Positions 25,645-33,650 of a stretch of DNA of 49,324 bases are shown here, piece after piece. The notes below the pieces were generated by a model. The model was not told the origin of the DNA. It saw only the letters and a list, made by a program, of their open reading frames with translations, and did no database searches. Source of the DNA: a bacterium (GTDB lineage Bacteria; Patescibacteriota; Saccharimonadia; Saccharimonadales; JAGQNK01); assembly GCA_029557815.1 (NCBI GenBank), contig JAKQHX010000025.1, forward strand, positions 1-49,324. Direction: 5' to 3'. The translations under genes were made by a program, and so were the position numbers. How positions within the stretch are numbered: the stretch's first letter is position 1; each line of letters starts with the position of its first letter.

Positions 25645-27255
25645 TTGGTGAAAAGTATCGAGATTCCATATCAAAAAGACAAGGGTAAGCGCTACCGCTT
25701 TTTTGAAATGGTGCCAGGGTTGCTTAGTTGGTCGATCTTGATACTGCCGTTTATATTGAGTTGGCTGAACCCCACCCTCTGTGTCCTGCTCATCATCTCT
25801 TACTTGTTGCTGTGGTTCCTGAAGTCTGCTGGCCTGACAATTCGCTCGCTGCAAGGCTATAAGGTGATTCAAGATCAAATGAAACTGCCGTGGCCACAAA
25901 TGCTTCAGGAATTGGAAAGTCGCAAAGCGGCGCAACCGGATAAACATACTCCGGCCTGGCACTACGAAAATATTCGTCGTTTGCAAGAAAGGGGCCCGGC
26001 AGTGGAGCCGAACGATATGGTACATGCCATCATCATCGCTGCATACAACGAGACGAGAGAGGTACTCGAGCCAACTATCCAATCTGTTCTGAAGTCAGAA
26101 TATGACATGCAAAAGGTGGTGTTGGTGTTTGCATACGAAGGCAGGGACGGTGCGCAGTCAGAGCAAGCGGTTACGGAGCTCGTGTCAGAATACGGATCTA
26201 GGTTCAAGAAGACCATGGCTTTTAAGCACCCGCTGACCGAAGGCGAGGTGCGCGGCAAGGGTGGCAACATCACGTATGCCGGCCGGGAATTGGCAAAGTA
26301 TCTAGAGAAGCAAAAAATAGACCCGCTGCGGGTTATCGTTACTACGCTGGACTCTGACAATCGTCCACACAAGTACTACCTAGCCGCCTTGAGCTACCTG
26401 TACACGATGGCGCCCGATCCGGCAGTCGTATCGTTCCAACCGGTACCGATGTTTACGAACAACATCTGGGATGTCCCGGCACCGATGCGGGTGATTGCCA
26501 CCGGCAACACCTTTTGGAACGTGGTCCTGAGCCTGCGGCCGCACATGATCCGTAACTTTTCCAGCCATGCCCAGAGCATGAAGGCGCTCATTGACACTGA
26601 TTTCTGGAGCGTGCGGACGATTGTGGAAGACGGCCACCAATTCTGGCGGACGTATTTCCGTTATGACGGCAACCACGACGTGTATCCCATGTACTTGCCG
26701 ATTTACCAGGATGCGGTACTATCGAGTACTTTGCGCAAGACAATCAAGGCGCAATTCATTCAGATCCGCCGCTGGGCTTGGGGCGCATCGGATGTAGCCT
26801 ATGTCCTGGAAACGGGCTTTTTCAAACCGAATAAAGTACCAAAGTTGGATTTGACGTTTAAGTTTCTGCGGCTGCTTGAGGGGCATGTGAGCTGGGCAAC
26901 CGCGCCGCTACTACTGGCGTTTGCAGCCTTTATACCGGCATTTTTGAACACTGACGATTTCGCGTCTAACCAGCTGCCAATCATTGCCAGCCGCATCCAG
27001 ACCATCGCCTTGGCCGGCATCGTAGTAACACTGTTTTTGAGCCTCAAGTTGCTGCCGCCAAAACCCGCCCGCTATAAGCACCATCGCACGCTTTTCATGG
27101 TCTTACAATGGATTATGTTGCCAGTGACAACAATAGTATTCAACGCACTTGCGGCGCTAAACTCGCAAACCCGGTTGCTATTCGGTTGGAACCTGAACAA
27201 ATTCGATGTAACCGATAAAGCGGTCGTCAAAGAAAATAAACAGAGAGTCATGTGA
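25645..27255 (+). CDS. Membrane-embedded family 2 glycosyltransferase (processive synthase-like)
   Basis: N- and C-terminal TM clusters flank a GT-A domain carrying IIIAAYNE, TLDSDN and the QxxRW-type motif QIRRWAWG. Confidence 0.85.
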   Translation: MVKSIEIPYQKDKGKRYRFFEMVPGLLSWSILILPFILSWLNPTLCVLLIISYLLLWFLKSAGLTIRSLQGYKVIQDQMKLPWPQMLQELESRKAAQPDKHTPAWHYENIRRLQERGPAVEPNDMVHAIIIAAYNETREVLEPTIQSVLKSEYDMQKVVLVFAYEGRDGAQSEQAVTELVSEYGSRFKKTMAFKHPLTEGEVRGKGGNITYAGRELAKYLEKQKIDPLRVIVTTLDSDNRPHKYYLAALSYLYTMAPDPAVVSFQPVPMFTNNIWDVPAPMRVIATGNTFWNVVLSLRPHMIRNFSSHAQSMKALIDTDFWSVRTIVEDGHQFWRTYFRYDGNHDVYPMYLPIYQDAVLSSTLRKTIKAQFIQIRRWAWGASDVAYVLETGFFKPNKVPKLDLTFKFLRLLEGHVSWATAPLLLAFAAFIPAFLNTDDFASNQLPIIASRIQTIALAGIVVTLFLSLKLLPPKPARYKHHRTLFMVLQWIMLPVTTIVFNALAALNSQTRLLFGWNLNKFDVTDKAVVKENKQRVM

Positions 27256-27575
27256 TGGCCAATCTAGTGAAGCTGGTTTTTACGGTGCCCGAATCGCACG
27301 CGGAACTAACAAGACAAGCCGTTGGCGACGCTGGTGGAGGTGCCATCGGAAACTATACGCATTGTAGCTTCTCGGTAAAAGGGATCGGACGTTTCGTGCC
27401 GCGGAATGGAGCTCATCCGGCAATAGGAACCGTTGATACTCCAGAAGTTGTTGAAGAAGAGCGCGTAGAAATTACCTGTGAGCAGGCGAACCTCCCTCAG
27501 ATCATCAGTGCCTTGCGAAAAGCCCATCCTTATGAAGAACCGGCGATAGACATCTATCCGCTTATCGACGCGTAG
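27252..27575 (+). CDS. Small NIF3/YqfO-insert-like (PII-like fold) protein; family assignment tentative
   Basis: 107 aa (VKLVFTVPESHAELTRQAVGDAGGGAIGNYTHCSF...HPYEEPAIDIYPL) resembles the stand-alone homologs of the NIF3 insert domain. It overlaps the GT2 stop. Confidence 0.55.
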   Translation: MMANLVKLVFTVPESHAELTRQAVGDAGGGAIGNYTHCSFSVKGIGRFVPRNGAHPAIGTVDTPEVVEEERVEITCEQANLPQIISALRKAHPYEEPAIDIYPLIDA

Positions 27576-27984
27576 GCTTACCGGCCGTCGGGTGAAAGGC
27601 TTCGTAATGCGTGGCCGCGGCCTTGTCGAATTGACGGAGGCTTTGCAGGGTAACTTCAATGATATGTGTCCGATCGATGATGACATCCTTCATAAACGGG
27701 TAGAGCCGGCTGATAATAGTGTCTGTGAGGGCCGTAGCATCCTCCAGGGCGGTTTTTCGATGTCTAAGGCTATCGAATATGCTCATGAATAATTTATCGC
27801 GCTGGAAAGCTTCTAATTGTTTCTGGCTCTTGACCGTAATGCTGCCGGTCAGGTCTATCTCCTCCCGAGTGGTAAAAGTAGTCCCACAAACTACACAGGT
27901 ACGACGTCGCCATACACCGTTTGTGCGTTTCTGATGACGAGAATTCGTTACCCGCGTCTCGTTGCTGCAATATATACAAACCAT
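27562..27984 (-). CDS. nrdR: Transcriptional repressor NrdR (zinc ribbon plus ATP-cone)
   Basis: MVCIYCSNETRVTNSRHQKRTNGVWRRRTCVVCGTTFTTREEIDL is the hallmark NrdR N-terminus, followed by an ATP-cone. Confidence 0.92.
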   Translation of the reverse strand: MVCIYCSNETRVTNSRHQKRTNGVWRRRTCVVCGTTFTTREEIDLTGSITVKSQKQLEAFQRDKLFMSIFDSLRHRKTALEDATALTDTIISRLYPFMKDVIIDRTHIIEVTLQSLRQFDKAAATHYEAFHPTAGKPTRR

Positions 27985-28120
27985 TACTTGTTCTCCTTCT
28001 TCGGGAAGAGCGGCTGGAGCGGCGGATGTATTCCGCGTTCCGAGCGATGATAGCCTTTTGAGGTTATATGCTTCGCATATGAACCAAAGGCTTTATCATA
28101 AAGCAAAGCCACTGCTAACC

Positions 28121-28138
28121 ATGTCAATATATTGACAT
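28121..28138. promoter_or_regulatory. 18-bp perfect palindrome ATGTCAATATATTGACAT upstream of nrdR (NrdR-box-like core)
   Basis: Read directly from the sequence. The central CaAtATaTtG matches the core of the NrdR-box consensus as I recall it (acaCwAtATaTwGtgt), but the flanks differ. It lies 137 nt upstream of the nrdR start. Confidence 0.4.
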
Positions 28139-28210
28139 CACGCTATCGAAAATACAAGTGGAAAACTTTCCTAGCATGTGGGAAAAAGTCGATCGAAGAG
28201 AAGGTCGTAT

Positions 28211-28395
28211 GAAAAAACCCTAGGCGTCTCTCATAGCCTAGGGTCTTCACTCGACTCTACTTAGTAGTAAGCGCGGTGCGAGTGCGTCGTATTCGACTTA
28301 TTGATTTCGACGAGGCAGCGAATTCTTCGTAGAACAGCTGGAAGCCCTCGAGCGAACTCGAAACGGTACTCAAGTATGAGCGCCTCCCGTTTAAC
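28211..28395 (-). ncRNA. Candidate ~185-nt orphan small RNA bounded by a consensus promoter and an intrinsic terminator; class unknown
   Basis: The minus-strand promoter is TTGACA (28430-28425), 17 nt, TATACT (28407-28402). The terminator is ccctaggc-10 nt loop-gcctaggg plus T6 (28243-28211). The interior has several stable hairpins, including CGAG-UUCG-CUCG, and no ORF. Confidence 0.35.
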
Positions 28396-28476
28396 CGAAC
28401 CAGTATATCGAGACTATGAAATGATGTCAATACTCTGTCAATAGCACAAGCGGTATTGTGTGGTACTATAACAGGG

Positions 28477-29556
28477 ATGAGTAATTACTTTGCATTGCTG
28501 TCTGAGAAGGACGGGATACGGTCGGGTGTCCTGAAAACTCGTGCAGGAGAAGTGCGGACACCGACTTTTATGCCTGACGGTACGCGTGGGGCGGTGAAGG
28601 GCGTAACGCCGGAGATGGTGCGTGAAACAGGGGTGCAGGTCGTGCTTGCCAACACGTACCATCTGCATTTGCAGCCCGGTGAAGATACCGTCGCAAAGCT
28701 GGGCGGACTGCACGAATTTTCCAAGCAGACGCTGCCCATGCTCACTGACTCAGGTGGCTTCCAGGTATTTTCGCTGGCCCACATTAACAAAATTACCGAA
28801 GAGGGCGTGACATTCAAGGATCCAAAGACTGGTAGTACGGTGTTTTTGTCTCCTGAAAAATCCATACAGATCCAGATGAAGCTGGGCGCAGATATGATGG
28901 TGGCCTTTGATGACGTAACGGCTCTCGATGACAAAGGGCGCAACCGGACCAAGGAGGCTTTTGACCGGACGCATCGTTGGCTCGAGCGTTCTTTGGCCGA
29001 GTTCCAGCATCTTACAAGAGACATGGATCCAGACGAGCGACCTCTGTTATTTGGTGTTGTCCAAGGTGGGCTGGACAAAGATTTGCGCAAAAAGAGCCTA
29101 GAGATTGTGCAAAGCTTACCTGTAGACGGCATTGCCATTGGCGGTCTCTCTGTCGGCGAGAGCAGGGAGGAGATGCACGACATGCTGGCATACTTGGCAC
29201 CACTGTATGATGATTCGCCGCGCCCGCGCTTTTTGCTTGGGGTGGGCGACCCGATTGATCTACGGTTTGCGATCGAGCACGGGATAGATATGCTGGACTG
29301 CGTGCTGCCGACGCGGAATGCCCGCCACGCTACTGCCTGGGTGACAGGTGATGAGAAGATCCACCTGACAAATGCTAAATATGCCGATGATACGGGGGTC
29401 ATTGATCCGGGTTGTGATTGTACGACGTGCAGGGGAGGGTACTCCAAAGGATTCCTGCGCCATCAATTCAAGGTCGGTGAAACGTTGGCAGGTACGCTGG
29501 TGTCGGTCCACAATATCCGCTACTTGCAGAGAATCTGTGAAGACTACTTATCTTAG
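28477..29556 (+). CDS. tgt: Queuine tRNA-ribosyltransferase
   Basis: RTPTFMPDGTRGAVKG, LANTYHL, DSGGFQ and the zinc site CDCTTC...H. The ORF track starts at 28456; I prefer ATG 28477 (MSNYFALL). Confidence 0.92.
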   Translation: MSNYFALLSEKDGIRSGVLKTRAGEVRTPTFMPDGTRGAVKGVTPEMVRETGVQVVLANTYHLHLQPGEDTVAKLGGLHEFSKQTLPMLTDSGGFQVFSLAHINKITEEGVTFKDPKTGSTVFLSPEKSIQIQMKLGADMMVAFDDVTALDDKGRNRTKEAFDRTHRWLERSLAEFQHLTRDMDPDERPLLFGVVQGGLDKDLRKKSLEIVQSLPVDGIAIGGLSVGESREEMHDMLAYLAPLYDDSPRPRFLLGVGDPIDLRFAIEHGIDMLDCVLPTRNARHATAWVTGDEKIHLTNAKYADDTGVIDPGCDCTTCRGGYSKGFLRHQFKVGETLAGTLVSVHNIRYLQRICEDYLS

Positions 29557-29584
29557 GTATGATGATATACGACGAGAGGAATAT

Positions 29585-30370
29585 ATGAAGTATGAAGCTC
29601 TAATTACTGATCTGGACGGGACGACTGTGGCGGTTGCATCTTCCGGCGAAGAAATTGATGCCGCAACCCAAGAGACTGTGGCGCGGGCGCAAGATAGGGG
29701 GGCAAAAATCGGCTGTGCGACGGGCCGTTCTTGGGAGCTTGCCAGGCCGGTTGTTAAGAAGCTAGGGCTCGCTTCCTTGTGCGTCATCGAAGGCGGTACG
29801 CGTATCATTGATCCTTTGAGCGAAGAAAGTGTTTGGGAGAAGCATCTCGATGACGGAGTATCCAACCAGATACTCCAAGAATTTAAGCGATACACTCGTG
29901 GTGGATATATCTACATGACAGGTAGCGAAGAGGAGCTGCCGCTGTCGGGGGTAAGCGAGCTTCCGCATAGCTTGCGCTATCTTTATCTTCTTGATGTTGC
30001 CCCAGATGAGGCGGAGCAGTTGATAAATGCGATAAATCTTGAGTATCAGGGGCGTGCCGTCGCACACATAACTCCTTCGTGGAGTGGTGGTAATGCAGTC
30101 GATGTGCACGTCACACATGCAGAGGCTACCAAGGAGCACGCAGTTGAAAAGTGGCGTCAGCTTGAGGGTGTGGCGCGGGAGCATCTCATCGGTATGGGGG
30201 ATAGTGGAAATGACTTACCTTTGTTCGAATCGTCAGGGTTTCGGGTGGCGACGGGTAACGCTATCCCTGCGCTCAAGGAACTCGCCGACTATGTGGCGCC
30301 AGACTGTACAGACAATGCTTTGCGTCATGTGATTGAAGAATTCTTCTTGGACGGTACCCAAAAGGCATAG
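29585..30370 (+). CDS. HAD-superfamily hydrolase, Cof-type (subfamily IIB) phosphatase
   Basis: MKYEALITDLDGTTV (DxDGT motif I), GRS (motif II) and GDSGNDLPLF (motif IV). The ORF-track N-extension from 29372 overlaps tgt and is not credible. The RBS GAGAGGA precedes ATG 29585. Confidence 0.8.
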   Translation: MKYEALITDLDGTTVAVASSGEEIDAATQETVARAQDRGAKIGCATGRSWELARPVVKKLGLASLCVIEGGTRIIDPLSEESVWEKHLDDGVSNQILQEFKRYTRGGYIYMTGSEEELPLSGVSELPHSLRYLYLLDVAPDEAEQLINAINLEYQGRAVAHITPSWSGGNAVDVHVTHAEATKEHAVEKWRQLEGVAREHLIGMGDSGNDLPLFESSGFRVATGNAIPALKELADYVAPDCTDNALRHVIEEFFLDGTQKA

Positions 30371-30409
30371 CCTCTCGGTAATAAAAAAAACCCGGGTAGG
30401 GAGAATTTC

Positions 30410-30422
30410 TGGTGGGCGATAT
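30410..30422 (-). repeat. 13-nt exact duplicate of the tRNA-Val 3' end
   Basis: tggtgggcgatat at 30410-30422 equals 30484-30496 (the tRNA-Val 3' end including CCA). The tRNA terminator hairpin separates it from the tRNA. Confidence 0.75.
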
Positions 30423-30483
30423 CACTTCGTGGAATCGTCCTGTCTCACCAATACAAAAGCCGACCTTGCGGTCGACTACTGTA

Positions 30484-30560
30484 TTGGTGGGCGATATAGG
30501 ATTCGAACCTATCACCTCAGCAACGTCAATGCTGCGCTCTAGCCAAATGAGCTAATCGCC
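30484..30560 (-). tRNA. tRNA-Val (anticodon GAC)
   Basis: Acceptor GGGCGAT/ATCGCCC, anticodon stem CAGCA/TGCTG with loop TTGACGT, T-arm ATAGG TTCGAAT CCTAT, and CCA. A terminator gtcgacc-gcaa-ggtcggc plus a T-run lies at 30476-30451. Confidence 0.92.
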
Positions 30561-31004
30561 CCCGTCAACGTGTAATGTTTGGGTAGCTGATTTGCCGACA
30601 AAACAAGTTTGTTCGGCAAAAGTATCTATCCAAACAAGCCGTCTCCTCTCAATTTTCCAAACAGCAACAAGTTGCCTGGTTTGAAAGATTGGTGTAGCTC
30701 CAATCGTTGATTGCCGCTGACTCGTAAACAGATACCAGCATAGCAAATAATCGGGGAAATGAAAAGATATATCATATATGGTAATGCTTGAAATGAGTTA
30801 TCCCCAAGTGGAAATGTAAGAAACACAATACTAAACTGCTAGCCATATAGTGCTAGTATGCTAAGATAAAGTAACTGGTTTGCTGGAGGCAGATCAGCAA
30901 GGCGAAGTTTTGCCGAGAGTGTTTTGACCAAAAGTGATTGAAGTCAGTGCGAGAGTCTTCAATCACTTTTTTATTTCACAACAGGGGTGTTATACTGTTG
31001 GGGA

Positions 31005-31170
31005 GCAATGAGGTGGCCTCACCAACCACCGAGCTTCGTAGGCGTGGCCACAGAGGTACGATAACCAATGTGACAGAAGTGAAAGATTTCGGTGGAACCG
31101 TCTTGAGAACTATCAGGACCCGAAACGCGTAAAGATTTTGGAAATGCCATTGTCTACGCGTTTTATTATT
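31005..31170 (+). promoter_or_regulatory. T-box riboswitch leader of thrS (antiterminator/terminator core; 5' boundary unresolved, may extend to ~30875)
   Basis: T-box sequence UUUCGG-UGGAACC-GUC at 31087-31102. The antiterminator comprises helix A1 UUUCGG (31087-92)/CCGAAA (31120-25), the 7-nt bulge UGGAACC, and helix A2 GUCUUGA-gaacua-UCAGGAC. The competing terminator is GAAACGCGUA (31122-31)/UACGCGUUUU (31155-64) plus a U-run. Thr ACC codons followed by A occur at 31021-24 and 31064-67. Confidence 0.7.
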
Positions 31171-31185
31171 TATAAGGAGAAAAAT

Positions 31186-33039
31186 ATGAGCCAACCGGAT
31201 AACCAGCTGCACGCAATGAGACACAGTCTGGCACATATTACTGCGACGGCGGTCCAGCATCTTTGGCCTAAGGCAAAATTTGGCGTCGGTCCTGTGGTAG
31301 AGAATGGTTTTTATTACGATATAGATCTTGGTGATATAACAATTTCCGAAGACGACTTTGGGCGTATTGAAGTGGAGATGCGTAAAGTCATCGAAGCTAA
31401 CGAGCCGTTTGAACGGTTTGAGTTGCCCATAGACCAGGCGATTGCTTGGGCCAAAGAGACCAAACAACCGTATAAAGAGGAGCTGCTCAACGACCTTAAG
31501 CGTGCCGGTACGACGGTCGCTAAGGACTTGGACGCAGATGAGCTTGGTACGATTGCCGAAGGTGATGCGGCGGTAGAAAATGTGTCGTTTTACCAAAACG
31601 GTGATTTTACTGACCTCTGTCGCGGTCCGCATGTCGAAACGACTGGTAGAGTAGGGGCGTTCAAGCTCATGCGCGTGGCTGGTGCTTACTGGCGCGGTAA
31701 AGAGGGTAATCCGCAGATGCAGCGACTCTATGGTGTGGCTTTCGCGACCGAGAAGGAGTTGCGGCAGCACCTGAACATGTTGGAAGAGGCTAAGAAGCGC
31801 GACCACCGCAAACTTGGTCAAGAGTTAGATCTGTTTACATTTTCGGACTTAGTTGGGGCAGGCCTGCCGCTCTATACACCGAGAGGAACCGTGCTGATTG
31901 AAGAACTAAAAGGTGCACTGAAAGAAATCAGTCAACAGTATGGGATGCTACAAGTCTCGATTCCACATTTAGCGAAGATAGACTTATATCGGCTATCCGG
32001 ACACGCGGAGAAGTTTGAGGATGAGCTGTTTAGGGTAAGTAGCCACTACGACCAGGAGTTCGTGCTCAAGCCAGTAAACTGTCCGCACCATACCCAGATA
32101 TATGCCAGCCGACCCCGTAGTTACCGCGACCTACCTCTGAGGTATATTGAACAGACTATGCAGTACCGAGACGAAAAGCCAGGTGCTATTGGCGGACTGC
32201 AACGGACAAGAGGATTTACCGTGGACGATGGGCATACGTTCTGCCGTGTAGATCAGATTGAAGAGGAGGCGACAACTATCGCACAAATAATCCAGGAATT
32301 TTACGAGAAGCTGGGCTTATGGGGCCAGCACTGGGTGTCGTTATCTGTTCGTGATTCCGGGGCGCCGGAGAAGTATATCGGTGACTCGGATGATTGGGAC
32401 AAGGCTGAATCAATGCTTAAAGACGTTTCTGACAAGTTGGAGCTTAATGCCAAGCGTATGGAGGGCGAGGCAGCGCTCTACGGCCCAAAACTGGACTTTA
32501 TGTTCAGGGATGCTCTCGGTAGAGAGACGCAGCTGGCGACTATCCAACTGGACTTTGCCATGCCAAAACGATTCGGTCTGACGTATGTTGATTCTGACGG
32601 CGAAGAAAAAACGCCAGTGATGATTCACCGGGCAATTTTGGGATCCTTTGAACGTTTCATCATGCTTCTTATAGAGCACTTTGCTGGGAAGTTTCCCGTT
32701 TGGCTGGCACCGGAACAGATACGTTTGATTACCGTGAACCAGGAAGCTAAGACGGTAGAGTTTGCCAATAGCGTGTTTGAACAGGCTCGTGAGCTTGGCT
32801 TGCGCGTGCATCTGGATAACGATAACGAGTCTGTGGGCAAGAAAATCCGTGGCGCAGAGCTGATGAAAGTACCATACACTGTCGTGATTGGTGAAAAGGA
32901 AATAGAGTCCGGCAAGGTCGTGCCGCGTGTCCGAAGTGACATGGAAGTCCAGAAACCACACGAAGCTCACGAAGTCGACAAGTTTCTCCAGACTGTCGCC
33001 AACGAAGCAAGAAGTCGTGTTACCAAAACCTCTCTATGA
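31186..33039 (+). CDS. thrS: Threonine--tRNA ligase (lacks the N-terminal TGS domain)
   Basis: The RBS AAGGAGA precedes ATG 31186. The protein starts MSQPDNQLHAMRHSLAHITATAVQHLWP (editing-domain HxxxH motif at residues 12-16). Class II motifs and the anticodon-binding domain follow. Confidence 0.93.
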   Translation: MSQPDNQLHAMRHSLAHITATAVQHLWPKAKFGVGPVVENGFYYDIDLGDITISEDDFGRIEVEMRKVIEANEPFERFELPIDQAIAWAKETKQPYKEELLNDLKRAGTTVAKDLDADELGTIAEGDAAVENVSFYQNGDFTDLCRGPHVETTGRVGAFKLMRVAGAYWRGKEGNPQMQRLYGVAFATEKELRQHLNMLEEAKKRDHRKLGQELDLFTFSDLVGAGLPLYTPRGTVLIEELKGALKEISQQYGMLQVSIPHLAKIDLYRLSGHAEKFEDELFRVSSHYDQEFVLKPVNCPHHTQIYASRPRSYRDLPLRYIEQTMQYRDEKPGAIGGLQRTRGFTVDDGHTFCRVDQIEEEATTIAQIIQEFYEKLGLWGQHWVSLSVRDSGAPEKYIGDSDDWDKAESMLKDVSDKLELNAKRMEGEAALYGPKLDFMFRDALGRETQLATIQLDFAMPKRFGLTYVDSDGEEKTPVMIHRAILGSFERFIMLLIEHFAGKFPVWLAPEQIRLITVNQEAKTVEFANSVFEQARELGLRVHLDNDNESVGKKIRGAELMKVPYTVVIGEKEIESGKVVPRVRSDMEVQKPHEAHEVDKFLQTVANEARSRVTKTSL

Positions 33040-33650
33040 ACCCGCAAACTATAGCCATAGATATTGATGACGTACTAGCGGATAGCACGGATGCCCTTCG
33101 AGTTTTTGTAAATCAAAAGCATGGCCGTTCGCTCCAGCGGTATCACTACATGATAAAAACGGGTACATACTGGGGATACTATGAATCGGTTTGGGAGCAA
33201 CATGATATCAACGGTGATGGAATTATTGATGAATTTCATGCACAGTATGCGACGGATCAGTCCCATGTTTTGCCAATAGCGGGTGCTGTTGAGGCGCTTC
33301 TCGTCCTGAGCGAAGCCTATCGGCTTATTGCGATCTCTTCTCGAGCCTCCGATCAGCAACAGGCGACTGAGCGCTGGATAAAGCAACGGTTCGGTGACGT
33401 TTTTTCATCGGTTGCATGCATTGATACACAAAAGAACAAAACCCTCACCAAGGGCGAAGCCTGCAAAATAGCCGGCGCAAGGTACCTCATTGATGACAAT
33501 ATTGAGCATTGTAAGAGTGCTAAGGAGTACCAAGTTCAGCCTATACTGTTCGGAAACTATGGCTGGCATGACGATAGCCAGCTAACAGATGGCGTCATTC
33601 GGTGTAAGGACTGGACCGCAGTTTTGGAGTATTTCAATGGACGCGGCTGA
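33036..33650 (+). CDS. HAD-superfamily 5'(3')-nucleotidase-like hydrolase
   Basis: IAIDIDDVLADST (DxDxV/L motif I), 204 aa, ATGA overlap with the thrS stop. The subfamily call is tentative. Confidence 0.65.
   Translation: MNPQTIAIDIDDVLADSTDALRVFVNQKHGRSLQRYHYMIKTGTYWGYYESVWEQHDINGDGIIDEFHAQYATDQSHVLPIAGAVEALLVLSEAYRLIAISSRASDQQQATERWIKQRFGDVFSSVACIDTQKNKTLTKGEACKIAGARYLIDDNIEHCKSAKEYQVQPILFGNYGWHDDSQLTDGVIRCKDWTAVLEYFNGRG

Noticed and set aside
28485-29447. Long antisense ORFs in the track (28485-29447, 30976-31821, 25399-26082, 3476-4024, 32410-32970, 6127-6543, 38815-39306 and others)
   Set aside because: Each lies opposite a gene with an unambiguous family signature (tgt, thrS, GT2, the large secreted protein, pilM and others). 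Their translations are low-complexity or Ser/Arg/Pro-rich with no motifs. These are typical shadow ORFs in ~50% GC DNA.
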